Below, piece by piece: positions 46,943 to 57,881 of a stretch of DNA of 64,000 bases. The notes beneath the pieces were generated by a model. It searched no databases, was not told the origin of the DNA, and saw only the letters and a program-made list of their open reading frames with translations. The stretch covers positions 3,424,001-3,488,000 of the forward strand of contig OY970218.1 of NCBI GenBank assembly GCA_963713975.1, given 5' to 3'. The translations under genes were made by a program, and so were the position numbers. How positions within the stretch are numbered: position 1 is the first letter of the stretch; every line of letters begins with the position of its first letter. This DNA is from an uncultured Chloroflexia bacterium (GTDB lineage: Bacteria; Chloroflexota; Limnocylindria; Limnocylindrales; CSP1-4).

Positions 46943-47950
46943 CTATCGGTAGAGGTCGGGCTTGGCGATGTAGTCGATGGACATGCGCTCGCCGGTCTTG
47001 ACCGCCTCCACGCCGACCTCCACGACCTTGGTCGCCGCGTAACCCTCCCAGGCGCTGGGCCCCACGCACTCGCCGTCCGCGAGGCCGGTGATCCATGCCT
47101 GAAGCTCCGCCGTGTAGGCCGCGCCAAACCGTGCCCGCCAGTCGGGCGGGATGGTCGTCGCATCGGTGCCGGCGGCGATGGTCGACGAGACCACCGGGTT
47201 GGCCAGGGACGAGGTGCCCAACGAACCGACGAGCTCGCAGCGGACGTCGTAGCCGTACTGGCAGTTGGCGAAGAACTCGACCGTGGACAGGATCCCGGAC
47301 TCCGTGGTGAACACCGCGAACTGCGGGTCCTGGAGGTGCGGGAACGCCTTGGGCGTGCGCTTGGGCGGGATGACCTGGACGGCGGTGATCTCCTCGCCCA
47401 GCAGCCAGCGGCTCGTGTCCACCTCGTGGATCATCGAGTCGGTCATCGTCATGAAGCTGGTGTACGCCTCGCCCACGGTCGCGTTGCGGTGGACGTTGTG
47501 GAGGATCAGCGCGTCGCCGATCGCACCGCTCTCGAGCGACGCCTTGACCGCCCGGTAGCCCGAGTCGTAGCGACGCATGTAGCCGACGATGACGAGCCGC
47601 TTGCCGAAGGCCACCTCGGCCGCCACGATCTGCTCGCACTCGGGAACCGTGGGCGCCAGCGGCTTCTCGCACATGACCGGCTTGCCGGCCGCGATACAGG
47701 CGAGCACGTACTCGGCGTGGGTCGGGCCGATGGAGGTGACGAGGACGGCGTCCACCTCGTCCGAGGCAATCAGGTCCAGGCCGGTATCGAAGACCGCGAC
47801 GCCTCCGAGCTCCGCTGCCACCTCCGCGGCGCGTGCCCGGTTGACGTCGGTCACGGCGCTGACAGTGGAACCGTTGATGACGTTGACGAGCTTGCGGCCG
47901 TGGTCCTCGCCGATGAGCCCGGTGCCGATGATGCCGACCCTGATGGTCAT
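46943..47950 (-). CDS. iolG: Inositol 2-dehydrogenase (Gfo/Idh/MocA, Bacillus-type)
   Basis: GIIGTGLIG, CEKP, GYMRRYD, HRN, IHEVD, YGYDVRCE. Confidence 0.85.
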   Translation of the reverse strand: MTIRVGIIGTGLIGEDHGRKLVNVINGSTVSAVTDVNRARAAEVAAELGGVAVFDTGLDLIASDEVDAVLVTSIGPTHAEYVLACIAAGKPVMCEKPLAPTVPECEQIVAAEVAFGKRLVIVGYMRRYDSGYRAVKASLESGAIGDALILHNVHRNATVGEAYTSFMTMTDSMIHEVDTSRWLLGEEITAVQVIPPKRTPKAFPHLQDPQFAVFTTESGILSTVEFFANCQYGYDVRCELVGSLGTSSLANPVVSSTIAAGTDATTIPPDWRARFGAAYTAELQAWITGLADGECVGPSAWEGYAATKVVEVGVEAVKTGERMSIDYIAKPDLYR

Positions 47951-47979
47951 GGTGCGCTCCTCTCTCCCGGTCGTCGGGT

Positions 47980-48909
47980 TCAGCCCAGCGGCCGGCCGGC
48001 CCCCAGGCCACAGGTCTTGAAGTACTGCTGCGTCCGGATGGCGATCGGCAGCGGGCGCTCGAAGTCGCAGGGGTACATGTCCTGCTCCACGATGCAGAAC
48101 AGCTCGCGATCCAGCCCGGCGAGGGCATCGATCAGCGAGGGCATGTCCGGCTCGCCCAGCGGCGGCTCCACCATGGCCCCCAGCCGGACCGCGGGGGCGA
48201 AGCCCATCTTCTCGTCCATCGCGCGGGCGCGGATGGCCGTGTCGACCTGCTTGAGGTGGACGTACTGCACCCGGTCCGGGTAGTCCGCGATGAGCTTGAG
48301 GTTGTCGGCGCCGCAGTAGGCCACGTGCCCCGTGTCCAGGCACAGCTGGACGGTCTCGGGATCGGTGCCATCGAGGAAGCGCTCGATCTGCTCCTGCGTG
48401 CCGACGTGGCTGTCCGCGTGGGTGTGGAACACGAGCACGGCACCGTGCTTGTCCGTGACGTAGCGGCCCAGTGCCGACATGCCGGAGTTGAGGGCGTCCC
48501 ACTCATCGTCGGTGAGCGTGGGGCTCGCGGTCAGGTTGCCGTCGAAGTCCGTGTACCCCTCGGGCAGGATGACCAGGTGCTTCGCGCCGTTGGGCCCGAT
48601 GACCGCCATCTCGGCATCGCAGTCGGCCTTCGCCTGCTCCAGCGCTGCCCGGCCCTTGTGGAGCGCCACGAACACCGTTCCGCCGGTGAGTGTCAGGCCG
48701 CGCTTGGCGTACTCCTCGCGGATGATGCCGGGGTCCGTGGGCAGGTACCCGAAGGGCCCGAGCTCGCTGTACCTGTAGCCCGCGGCCTGGACCTCGTCGA
48801 GGTACCGCTGCCACGGTGTCTGCAGGGGGTCGATGCCAGGGTTCCAGACGCCCCAGGAATCCGGAGCTGTTCCCAGGTGAAGCTGGGGATAGTCGACGGC
48901 GAGGTTCAC
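47980..48909 (-). CDS. iolE: 2-keto-myo-inositol dehydratase-like TIM barrel
   Basis: GTAPDSWGV, ELGPFGYLP, FHTHADSHV, LCLDTGH, YVHLKQ, IVEQD. Confidence 0.75.
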   Translation of the reverse strand: MNLAVDYPQLHLGTAPDSWGVWNPGIDPLQTPWQRYLDEVQAAGYRYSELGPFGYLPTDPGIIREEYAKRGLTLTGGTVFVALHKGRAALEQAKADCDAEMAVIGPNGAKHLVILPEGYTDFDGNLTASPTLTDDEWDALNSGMSALGRYVTDKHGAVLVFHTHADSHVGTQEQIERFLDGTDPETVQLCLDTGHVAYCGADNLKLIADYPDRVQYVHLKQVDTAIRARAMDEKMGFAPAVRLGAMVEPPLGEPDMPSLIDALAGLDRELFCIVEQDMYPCDFERPLPIAIRTQQYFKTCGLGAGRPLG

Positions 48910-48972
48910 GACACGGACTCCCTGCGGCTGTACGAGCGGTGTTCACGACGACGGGTGGCTGTTCCCCACTAA

Positions 48973-48986
48973 TGTAATCGATTGCG
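48973..48986. promoter_or_regulatory. LacI-family (IolR) operator
   Basis: TGTAATCGATTGCG upstream of iolE-iolG-iolH operon. Confidence 0.8.
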
Positions 48987-49125
48987 TCAAGTCCTTGCGA
49001 CCGCCGCTGCGGCCGCCCGGCGGCCGCCGTTGACGCCCCGCGCAGAATGAAGCGGCGTCGGAGGCGCGGGGGGAGCCACCGGTGCTGCGAGCAGCAACCG
49101 TCCCGTTGCGGAGCCCGTCAAGCCG

Positions 49126-51912
49126 ATGGATGCCCTGGATCGCTCGGACGCGACCCTGACGTTCCTGTTCTCCGACATCGAGGGTTCGACGCGCCTCGAG
49201 CAGCAGGTGGGGACGACCGCCTATGCGACCCTCCGTGAGCGCCACCGGGCGCTGCTGCGGGCGGCCTTCGACGCCTGCGGCGGCGAGGAGCAGGGCACCG
49301 AGGGTGACTCGTTCTTCGTGGTCTTCGGGACTGCCCGCGCAGCCCTGACCGCCGCCGCCGCCGCGCAGCGCGCGGTGGGTGCGGAACCGTGGCCCGTGGA
49401 GTCGCCGATCCGCGTCCGCATGGGCGTGCACTCCGGCGAAGCGCGGTCGGCCGGCGGCTCGCTGGTGGGGATCGACATCAACCGCGCCGCCCGGATTGCG
49501 GCCGCGGCCCACGGCGGTCAGGTGCTGGTGTCGGACACGACCCGGGCGCTGGTGCGCGACGAGGCCCTCGGCGCAATGGCCTTCCACGACCTCGGCGTCC
49601 ACCGGCTCAAGGACCTGGTGCAGCCCGAACACCTGCACCAGCTGCTGGCGGACGGGCTGCGGACGGAGTTCCCGGTCCCGCGGTCGCTGGACGCCCGTGT
49701 CGTGAAGCTGCCCGCCCAGCTCACCTCCTTCGTGGGCCGAGAGGTGGACCTCGGGGCGGCGGGCCGACTGCTGGCGGAGCACCGGCTGGTGACGCTCACC
49801 GGGCCGGGCGGGACCGGGAAGACCCGGCTGGCGATCCAGCTCGCGGCCCAGGGCGCCGACGCATTCAGCGATGGTGTCTACTTCTCTGCACTGGACGCTG
49901 TCCGCGACCCAGGCCTCGTGGCGTCCCAGATCGCCGCCTGCGTCGGACTCGTGGAGACGGGCAACCGACCATCACGTGACCTGCTGGTCGAGTGGCTCGG
50001 CAGCAAGTCCGTCCTGATCGTGCTCGACAACTTCGAGCAGATCATCGAGGCTGCGCCGCTTGCGGCGGACCTCCTCCGGTCCGCCCCAGGGCTCAAGCTG
50101 CTCGTCACCTCGAGAGCGCCGCTCCGGATCTCCGGGGAGCACGAGTACCCGGTCATGGGCCTGCCGGCTCCGCTCGATCCCACGCGACTGACGGCCCTCG
50201 AGCGCGCGCAGCTGCCCAGCGGCGAGAGGAACCTCGGTGCGGATGCCCTGGAGGCCTACGAGTCCGTCCGGCTGTTCATCGCCCGGGCCACGGCGGTCCG
50301 CCCGGGCTTCGCGGTCACCAACGACAACGCTGCGGCCGTCGCCGCCATCTGTGCGCGGCTGCGGGGCATGCCGCTCGCGATCGAGCTGGCCGCAGCGCGG
50401 GTCCGCCTGCTTGGGCCGGAGGCGATCCTCGCCCGCCTGTCGGACCAGCTCGCCACCCTCGCCGGCGGTTCGCGCGACCTGCCGGAGCGGCAGCAGACGC
50501 TGCGCGGCGCGATCGCCTGGAGCTACGACCTGCTCGACGAGCCGGACCGCCGGCTGCTGGAACGTCTCTCCGTGTTCCGGGGAGGCATCGACGTCGCGGC
50601 GGCCGAGGACGTGTGCGGGCCTGCCTCCGCACTGGGCCGCGACGTCATCGATGGCCTCTCCGAGCTGGCCGACCACAGCCTGCTGCGGGTGCTGGACGGG
50701 CCGGACCTGCGGTTCGCGATGCTCGAGACGATCCGCGAGTATGCGGGCGAGATGCTGGACGGGAGACCGGAGGCAGCCGACATCCGCGCGCGGTTCCGCG
50801 CCTGGTTCCTGGACCTTGCCCGGAGTGCCCAGCCGGAGCTGTCAGGCGACGGGCAACGGGCATGGCTGGACCGGCTGGACCTCGAGCATGACAACCTGCG
50901 GGCGGCCATGGACCGGGCGGCGGCGGACGCCGATGCCTCCACCGCGATCGGGTTGGGCTTCCAGCTCTGGCGGTTCTGGCAGAAGCGGGGCCACCTCATG
51001 GAGGCGCGCCTGCGCCTCGACGCGATGGCGGCAGCGCCGTGGTCATCTGCAGCGCCCGAGCTGCGGGCGCGCCTGATGGAGGCCCTCGGTGGCGTCATGT
51101 GGTGGCAGGGCGAGATCGGGGCGATGCGGGGGCCATATGGCGACGCGGTTGAGCTGTGGCGTGCCGCTGGCGACCGGCGGGAGCTGGCGAACGCGCTCTA
51201 CAACTACTCCTTCTGCTACTCGTTCCAGGCGGGCATGGGGCCCGTCGCCGAGACGGACCCCGACGGCGTGGGCTGGGCATCGCTCGAGGAGGCGCTCGCC
51301 CTGTACCGGGAGCTGGGCGATGATCGCGGCGAGGCGAATGTCCTGTGGGGCATGGGCAACCACGAGTACTTCGGCGCCGCCCCCGGGTTCGGCTACGAGG
51401 CCCTCGAGGCCGCGCGGCAGATCCATCGCCGCACCGGGGACAGGACGATGGAGGCGTGGTCCCTCCACATGCTCGGTCTCGCCTTGATCCAGGAGGGCGA
51501 CCTGGGCGGTGCGCGCGACCTCCTCGGACAGTCGCTGGCGCACTTCCAGCGCTCGGGCGACATCGCGGGCATGACGCTCGTCCTCGGCGACTTCGCATCG
51601 CTCGCCGCCGCCCGCGGCGACGCCCATCGCGCAGCCCGGATCTGGGGTGCCGCCCGGAGCCTGACAACGACGACGGGCACCGGGCTCGCGAGCTTCGTGG
51701 ACCAGTCGTTCGACCATCTCCAGCGTCCGACGGTCCACGGGATGCTCGAGGCAGCGGAGGTCGAACGGCTCGCCGTGGAGGGCGCCGCCATGACCGTCGA
51801 CGAGGCCGTTGCCTACGCGCTCGCCGACGACGGTTCCGCCGCCACGGGCGGATCCGCCTCGGTCCGGGGCCGGCGTTCCAGACCCGGGCCCGGCGCCCCG
51901 GCCGGACCCTGA
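49126..51912 (+). CDS. Class III adenylate/guanylate cyclase - STAND (NB-ARC-like) ATPase - TPR protein
   Basis: TFLFSDIEGST, EGDSF, RMGVHSG, NRAARI; GPGGTGKT, VLDNFEQ, VTSR, GMPLAIELAA; helical repeats. Confidence 0.88.
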   Translation: MDALDRSDATLTFLFSDIEGSTRLEQQVGTTAYATLRERHRALLRAAFDACGGEEQGTEGDSFFVVFGTARAALTAAAAAQRAVGAEPWPVESPIRVRMGVHSGEARSAGGSLVGIDINRAARIAAAAHGGQVLVSDTTRALVRDEALGAMAFHDLGVHRLKDLVQPEHLHQLLADGLRTEFPVPRSLDARVVKLPAQLTSFVGREVDLGAAGRLLAEHRLVTLTGPGGTGKTRLAIQLAAQGADAFSDGVYFSALDAVRDPGLVASQIAACVGLVETGNRPSRDLLVEWLGSKSVLIVLDNFEQIIEAAPLAADLLRSAPGLKLLVTSRAPLRISGEHEYPVMGLPAPLDPTRLTALERAQLPSGERNLGADALEAYESVRLFIARATAVRPGFAVTNDNAAAVAAICARLRGMPLAIELAAARVRLLGPEAILARLSDQLATLAGGSRDLPERQQTLRGAIAWSYDLLDEPDRRLLERLSVFRGGIDVAAAEDVCGPASALGRDVIDGLSELADHSLLRVLDGPDLRFAMLETIREYAGEMLDGRPEAADIRARFRAWFLDLARSAQPELSGDGQRAWLDRLDLEHDNLRAAMDRAAADADASTAIGLGFQLWRFWQKRGHLMEARLRLDAMAAAPWSSAAPELRARLMEALGGVMWWQGEIGAMRGPYGDAVELWRAAGDRRELANALYNYSFCYSFQAGMGPVAETDPDGVGWASLEEALALYRELGDDRGEANVLWGMGNHEYFGAAPGFGYEALEAARQIHRRTGDRTMEAWSLHMLGLALIQEGDLGGARDLLGQSLAHFQRSGDIAGMTLVLGDFASLAAARGDAHRAARIWGAARSLTTTTGTGLASFVDQSFDHLQRPTVHGMLEAAEVERLAVEGAAMTVDEAVAYALADDGSAATGGSASVRGRRSRPGPGAPAGP

Positions 51913-51939
51913 CGGCCGGGTCCGGACCCTGCGCCGCCC

Positions 51940-52947
<1,008 letters not shown>

Positions 52948-52961
52948 TGGTCCCTCCTCTC

Positions 52962-54464
52962 TCAGGCCGCCGGGGCGACGAGCGTCGCCGCCTCGAGAAC
53001 CTTCTCCTGGGTCGCCTCGGCGCGACTCAGCTCCGCGGTGATCCTGCCTCCCGCCATCACCAGGATGCGGTCGCTCATTCCGAGGATCTCGGGCATCTCG
53101 GACGAGACCATCAGGATCGCCTTACCCTCTTTCGCCAGGCCGGACATGAGCCGGTGGATCTCGGACTTGGCGCCGACGTCGATCCCACGCGTCGGTTCGT
53201 CGATCATCAGGACGTCGGGCAGCGTCATGAGCCAGCGCGAGACCAGCACCTTCTGCTGGTTGCCACCCGAGAGATTCCTGATCAGCTGCGCGAGCGACGG
53301 CGTCTTGATGGCGAGTGCCTCGCGCTGGCTGGTGCAGGCGGCCTCCATGGCGCTCTTGCGCAGGATCCAGCCGGGGCTGAACCGGTTGAGGTTCGCAATC
53401 GTCATGTTGTCGCGGACCGAGAGCGCGCCCATGATCCCCGTCAGCTTGCGGTCCTCGGTGAGCAGGCCCATCCCGGCCTCGATCGCGTCGGCCGGCGACT
53501 TGATGTCGACGGTCTTGCCGTTGATCACGACCTCGCCGGCGTCCACCTTCGTCACCCCGAAGATCGCCTCGAGCACCTCAGTCCGGCCGGCGCCCATCAG
53601 GCCTGCGAGACCCAGGATCTCGCCCCTGCGCAGGTCGAAGGAGATGTCCTCGATCACGCCGCGGCGGGTGAGGCCGCGCACGCTCATGACCACCTCGCCG
53701 GGCTCCACGTCCTCCTTCGGGAACAGGTGCGTGAGCTCGCGGCCGACCATCAGCGTGATCAGCTTCTGACGATCGAGCTCGGAGGCGGGCAGGGTGGCGA
53801 CGTGCTTCCCGTCGCGGAACACCGTGACGAAGTCCGCGATCTTGAACACCTCGTCCATCTTGTGCGTGATGTAGATGATGGCCACGCCGGTCTCGCGCAG
53901 GGAGCGAATCATCCGGTGGAGGTGGGCCACCTCGCGCTCGGTGATCGCGGAGGTGGGCTCGTCCATGATGATCAGGCGGGCGTCCGTCGAGATCGCCTTG
54001 GCAATCTCGACCATCTGGGTCTGCGCGACGCTCAGCGTCTTCATCACGCGGCCGGGGTCGATGTCGATCTGCCAGCGCTCGAAGACCGCCTTGGCATTGG
54101 CGACCATCGCCCGCTTGTCGACCAGCCTGAACCTGTTGAGCGGCTCACGGCCGAGGAAGATGTTCTCGGCGACGGTCATCGCCGGTACCGGCGACAGCTC
54201 CTGGTGGATCATCGCGATCCCCTGCCCCAGGGCGTGCACGGGGTCCGGGATGTGGACCTCCCGGCCGTTGAGCTCGATCCGCCCGGCATCGGCGTGGTAG
54301 ATGCCCGCGAGCACTTTCATCAGCGTCGACTTGCCCGCACCGTTCTCGCCCATCAGTGCGTGCACCGTGCCCGCCTCGACGTCGAGGTGGACGTCATCGA
54401 GCGCCTGGACGCCGGGGAACGCCTTGGAGATCCCCGTCATCCGGAGGAGAAGCTCGTCACCCAT
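52962..54464 (-). CDS. Sugar ABC transporter ATP-binding protein (tandem NBD)
   Basis: [38 protein letters not shown]; GGAGGG RBS before MGDEL. Confidence 0.93.
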   Translation of the reverse strand: MGDELLLRMTGISKAFPGVQALDDVHLDVEAGTVHALMGENGAGKSTLMKVLAGIYHADAGRIELNGREVHIPDPVHALGQGIAMIHQELSPVPAMTVAENIFLGREPLNRFRLVDKRAMVANAKAVFERWQIDIDPGRVMKTLSVAQTQMVEIAKAISTDARLIIMDEPTSAITEREVAHLHRMIRSLRETGVAIIYITHKMDEVFKIADFVTVFRDGKHVATLPASELDRQKLITLMVGRELTHLFPKEDVEPGEVVMSVRGLTRRGVIEDISFDLRRGEILGLAGLMGAGRTEVLEAIFGVTKVDAGEVVINGKTVDIKSPADAIEAGMGLLTEDRKLTGIMGALSVRDNMTIANLNRFSPGWILRKSAMEAACTSQREALAIKTPSLAQLIRNLSGGNQQKVLVSRWLMTLPDVLMIDEPTRGIDVGAKSEIHRLMSGLAKEGKAILMVSSEMPEILGMSDRILVMAGGRITAELSRAEATQEKVLEAATLVAPAA

Positions 54465-54539
54465 CCGCTGCCCTCCCGCTGCTCCCATGCGACCGGTCGT
54501 GGGTCTTCCCCGGTGCGGGGCGTGCCCGCCCTGAAAGCA

Positions 54540-54571
54540 GTTCGGAGGCCCAGTGAACCGGGCCTCCGAAC
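54540..54571 (-). terminator. Stem-loop between binding protein and ATPase genes
   Basis: GTTCGGAGGCCC-AGTGAACC-GGGCCTCCGAAC perfect 12 bp stem, followed on the minus strand by TGCTTT. Confidence 0.7.
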
Positions 54572-54620
54572 CGTACCACTCGGGGTGGTGTGTCGGCCGA
54601 CGGAGTCGGCCAGCTAGTTC

Positions 54621-55604
54621 CTAGTTGGCGCCCAGGTAGTCCGCGATGTTCGCGGGCGTCACGAGCACGTAGGGGATGTCCACGTAATCGGGGACGGCCG
54701 TGCCATTGATCAGGTCAACGGCCGCGTCGACGCCGCCCTTGCCCTGGCCCTTTGCATCCTGGAAGACGGTGACCTCGAGATCGCCCGCCTGCATGGCGGC
54801 GAGGGCTTCGGAGGTGGCATCGACGCCGCCGACGAAGACGCTGTCGAGGAGGTTGCCGGCCTTGAGCGCGTTGATCGCGCCAAGTGCCATCTCGTCGTTG
54901 TTCGCACAGACGACCATGCCGGCCTTGAGGGCACCGGACTGGATCCAGTTCTCGGTGATCGACTGGGCCTTCGCGCGGTCCCACTCGCCGGACTGGGTGG
55001 CGACGACCGACATGTCGGGGTTCTTGGCCACGACGTCGTTGCAGCCCTGCGTCCGGAGGACGGCGGCTTCGTTGGAGACCTGACCCTGGAGGATCACGAC
55101 CTCACCCTTGGCGCCCGCGAGCTTGGCGAGCTCTTCCATCTCCACGGTTCCCGCGTAGAGGGAGTCGGAGCCGACGTACGGGACGCCGGCGATTGCCGGG
55201 TTGCGGTTGACGAAGACGATGGGGATGTTCGCGGCCTTGGCGGCGTCCGCCATCGGCTGCGCCGCGCTGGTGTCCACCGGCACGACGAGGATCGCCGAGA
55301 CGCCCTGCGAGACGAAGTTCTCGACCTGGGCGAGCTGCGCGGCCGTGTCGTCCTTGGCGTCGGTGATGGTGATGGCGACGCCCTTCGCCTCTGCCTCGGC
55401 CTTCATGCCGTCCTGGACGCGGCTCAGGAACGTGTCGCTGTTCGGGAACGCGACACCCAGGGTGATGTCGCTCGCCGGGGCCATGCTCTCGGGAGCCATG
55501 CTCTCGGCCGGGGCCGTGGTGGCAGTGCTGCCGCCGCAGGCGCTCAGGATGACGGCGCCGGCGACCATGAGGCCAGCCAACCGTCCCGTGGTCTTGAAGT
55601 CCAT
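54621..55604 (-). CDS. Inositol ABC transporter substrate-binding lipoprotein
   Basis: Lipobox ILSAC, RbsB-like fold (QLAQVENF, IPIVFVNR, ANNDEMALGA, GVDA, TVFQD). Confidence 0.9.
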   Translation of the reverse strand: MDFKTTGRLAGLMVAGAVILSACGGSTATTAPAESMAPESMAPASDITLGVAFPNSDTFLSRVQDGMKAEAEAKGVAITITDAKDDTAAQLAQVENFVSQGVSAILVVPVDTSAAQPMADAAKAANIPIVFVNRNPAIAGVPYVGSDSLYAGTVEMEELAKLAGAKGEVVILQGQVSNEAAVLRTQGCNDVVAKNPDMSVVATQSGEWDRAKAQSITENWIQSGALKAGMVVCANNDEMALGAINALKAGNLLDSVFVGGVDATSEALAAMQAGDLEVTVFQDAKGQGKGGVDAAVDLINGTAVPDYVDIPYVLVTPANIADYLGAN

Positions 55605-55703
55605 GTTTCCTCTTCTCCTCCGCCGATGTGGTGGGTTCGAAAACGCGACACGTGCCGCTCGGGACGGTCCCGCGGGATGCCCATGGCGTGGCGATCGACG
55701 CCG

Positions 55704-55745
55704 CGTAATCGATTGCAAGGTAGCGACTGCGAGCGGGCCCGTCAA
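55704..55745 (-). promoter_or_regulatory. sigma70 promoter and IolR operator for the ABC operon
   Basis: TTGACG-17 nt-TACCTT followed by operator CGTAATCGATTGCA (55704-55717). Confidence 0.8.
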
Positions 55746-55870
55746 CCCCGAAACAGCATCTTGTCGCCACCTCGCCGAAATCCGATGCTCGAGCGTGAGT
55801 CCGCGCTCCGGAGCGTCGCCCTCGCCGCCTGCAGACGCCCGACCCTCCAGCGACGCACCTGCCGACGGAC

Positions 55871-55889
55871 TAGGATGTAATCGGTTACC
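55871..55889 (+). promoter_or_regulatory. -10 box and IolR operator upstream of second iolG
   Basis: TAGGAT overlapping TGTAATCGGTTACC. Confidence 0.7.
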
Positions 55890-55966
55890 GGGACAGCGTG
55901 TCCCCTGCCTCAACGACGTCACGGAGACCGGGGGCCATTTCGCACCACTCCGCCAGGAGGCCTCAC

Positions 55967-56965
55967 ATGCTTCGCGTAGCACTCCTCGGGGCCGGCCGCA
56001 TCGGCCAGGTCCACGCACGCTCCATCATCGAGAGCGGCGAGGCCGAGCTCACCTGGGTCTGTGACCCCGTCGACACCGCCGCCAGCGCCCTCGCCGGCCG
56101 GTACGGCGCCCGGTGGAGCCCCGAACCAGGCGACGCGATCGCCGACCCGAACGTCGACGCGGTCCTGATCGCCTCGGCGACCCCGACCCATACCGACCTG
56201 ATGCGCGAGTCGGTGCTGGCCGGCAAGAAGGTCCTGTGCGAGAAGCCGATCGACCTCGACATTGCCAGGATCGATGCGACCTGGGCCGCGATCAAGGACC
56301 ACGCACCGTTCGTGATGCTCGGGTTCAACCGCCGCTTCGACCCCACCTTCGGCGAGATCAAGGCACGGGTCACGGCGGGCGAGATCGGGCCCATCCGGGC
56401 CCTGCGCGTGACGAGCCGGGATCCGCAGCCGCCGCCCGCGGCCTACCTGTCCGTGTCGGGTGGCATGTTCCGCGACATGACGATCCACGACTTCGACATG
56501 GCCCGCTTCTTCCTGGGTGAGATCGTGGAAGTCTCGGCCGTCGCCAGCCACAACAACGACCCTGTCTTTGTCGAAGCCGGGGACCATGCCCAGGCCATGG
56601 TCACGATGCGCAACCGTGACAACGCGCTGTGCACGATCGTCAACAGCCGCATCTGTGCCTACGGCTACGACCAGCGGCTCGAGGCGTTCGGCGACCTGGG
56701 CTCGCTCGAGGCGGGCAACATGACGGCGACCACGGTCCGGGCGAGCAGTGCAACCACCACCGGGGCGGGCGGGCCCGTCCTCAACTTCTTCCTCGAGCGC
56801 TACGTGCCGGCCTACCGGGCTGAGTTCGCGGAGTTCGTCGCCGCGATCAAGGAGGACCGTGAGCCGTCGGTGGGCTTCGCCGACGGCCGGGCGGCCCTGG
56901 TCCTCGCGGAGGCGGCCGTCGAGAGCGTGGCCACCGGCAGGGTCGTGAGCGTCACGGGCGGCTGA
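55967..56965 (+). CDS. iolG: Inositol 2-dehydrogenase (IdhA-type)
   Basis: LGAGRIG, CEKPID, GFNRRFDP, TSRDP, SGGMFRDMTIHDFD, YGYDQRLE, FFLERY. Confidence 0.9.
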   Translation: MLRVALLGAGRIGQVHARSIIESGEAELTWVCDPVDTAASALAGRYGARWSPEPGDAIADPNVDAVLIASATPTHTDLMRESVLAGKKVLCEKPIDLDIARIDATWAAIKDHAPFVMLGFNRRFDPTFGEIKARVTAGEIGPIRALRVTSRDPQPPPAAYLSVSGGMFRDMTIHDFDMARFFLGEIVEVSAVASHNNDPVFVEAGDHAQAMVTMRNRDNALCTIVNSRICAYGYDQRLEAFGDLGSLEAGNMTATTVRASSATTTGAGGPVLNFFLERYVPAYRAEFAEFVAAIKEDREPSVGFADGRAALVLAEAAVESVATGRVVSVTGG

Positions 56966-56999
56966 CCCTGGGGGGCTGCCGGGGGGCGCTCGGACACCG

Positions 57000-57881
57000 T
57001 CAGCTCCTCGCGGCTGCCGCCAGGAGCGCCTCGAGGTACACGCGGTTCGCGCGGGCCGTCGCCGTGGGGTCGGGTGCGGTGTCCTGCTCGATCACGTACC
57101 AGGCGTCGTAGCCGACGCCGTGCAGCGCGCGCACCACCTCCGGGATCCGGGCGATCCCCTCGCCGAGCGGCGGGAAGATGTAGTGCTCGAGCGCCTTGCC
57201 GAAGCTCCAGCTCTCGGCCTTCGCACGGCCGAGGATCGCGCCGTCCACATCCTTGACATGGACGTGCTTCACGCGGTCCGCGTACCGGGGCAGCAGCTCC
57301 ATGGCATCACCGCCGCCGAACGCCAGGTGCCCGATGTCGAGGCACCAGCCCACGAGCGCCGGATCGGTCTCGTCCAGGAGCCGGGTGGTCTCCGCGGGCG
57401 TCTCGACATAGGTGCCGACATGATTGTGGAACACGAGCTCCATGCCCATCGGCTCGATACGCCGAGCCAGCTCCTCCAGGCCGCGGGCGAGGTTGCGCCA
57501 TTGCTCGTCGGAGAGGCCGCGGGATTCGTCCACATGCCCCGCCTCGCCGCGCCGTCGCTCGTCGCCGGCCTCGGCGGCGATCAGCCGGGTACCTCCGTTG
57601 ACCGCGAGGAACCGGGCGATCCCGAGCGCCCGCTCGATCTCGCTCTCCAGCTTGTCCGCATCGCGGAAGCCCAGCCCCACGAACGCGCCGACGAGGTCCA
57701 GGCCGCGCGCCTGGAGGTCCACTCGCAGGACCTCGGGATCTGTCGGCATCGACGGGCCCCACTCGGTGGCGTCATAGCCCGCCTCGACGAAGTGGTCCAT
57801 CGCCTCGCCGTACGGAATCCACGGGAAGACATCAGGGATGTCGGGGCTGTTCCAGTTGACGATGGCGGTCGCGATCCTCAC
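57000..57881 (-). CDS. IolE-like TIM-barrel dehydratase/isomerase
   Basis: GYDATEWG, FHNHVGTYVET, CLDIGH, HVHVKD, PLGEG, VIEQD; GTG overlaps iolD stop. Confidence 0.8.
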   Translation of the reverse strand: MRIATAIVNWNSPDIPDVFPWIPYGEAMDHFVEAGYDATEWGPSMPTDPEVLRVDLQARGLDLVGAFVGLGFRDADKLESEIERALGIARFLAVNGGTRLIAAEAGDERRRGEAGHVDESRGLSDEQWRNLARGLEELARRIEPMGMELVFHNHVGTYVETPAETTRLLDETDPALVGWCLDIGHLAFGGGDAMELLPRYADRVKHVHVKDVDGAILGRAKAESWSFGKALEHYIFPPLGEGIARIPEVVRALHGVGYDAWYVIEQDTAPDPTATARANRVYLEALLAAAARS

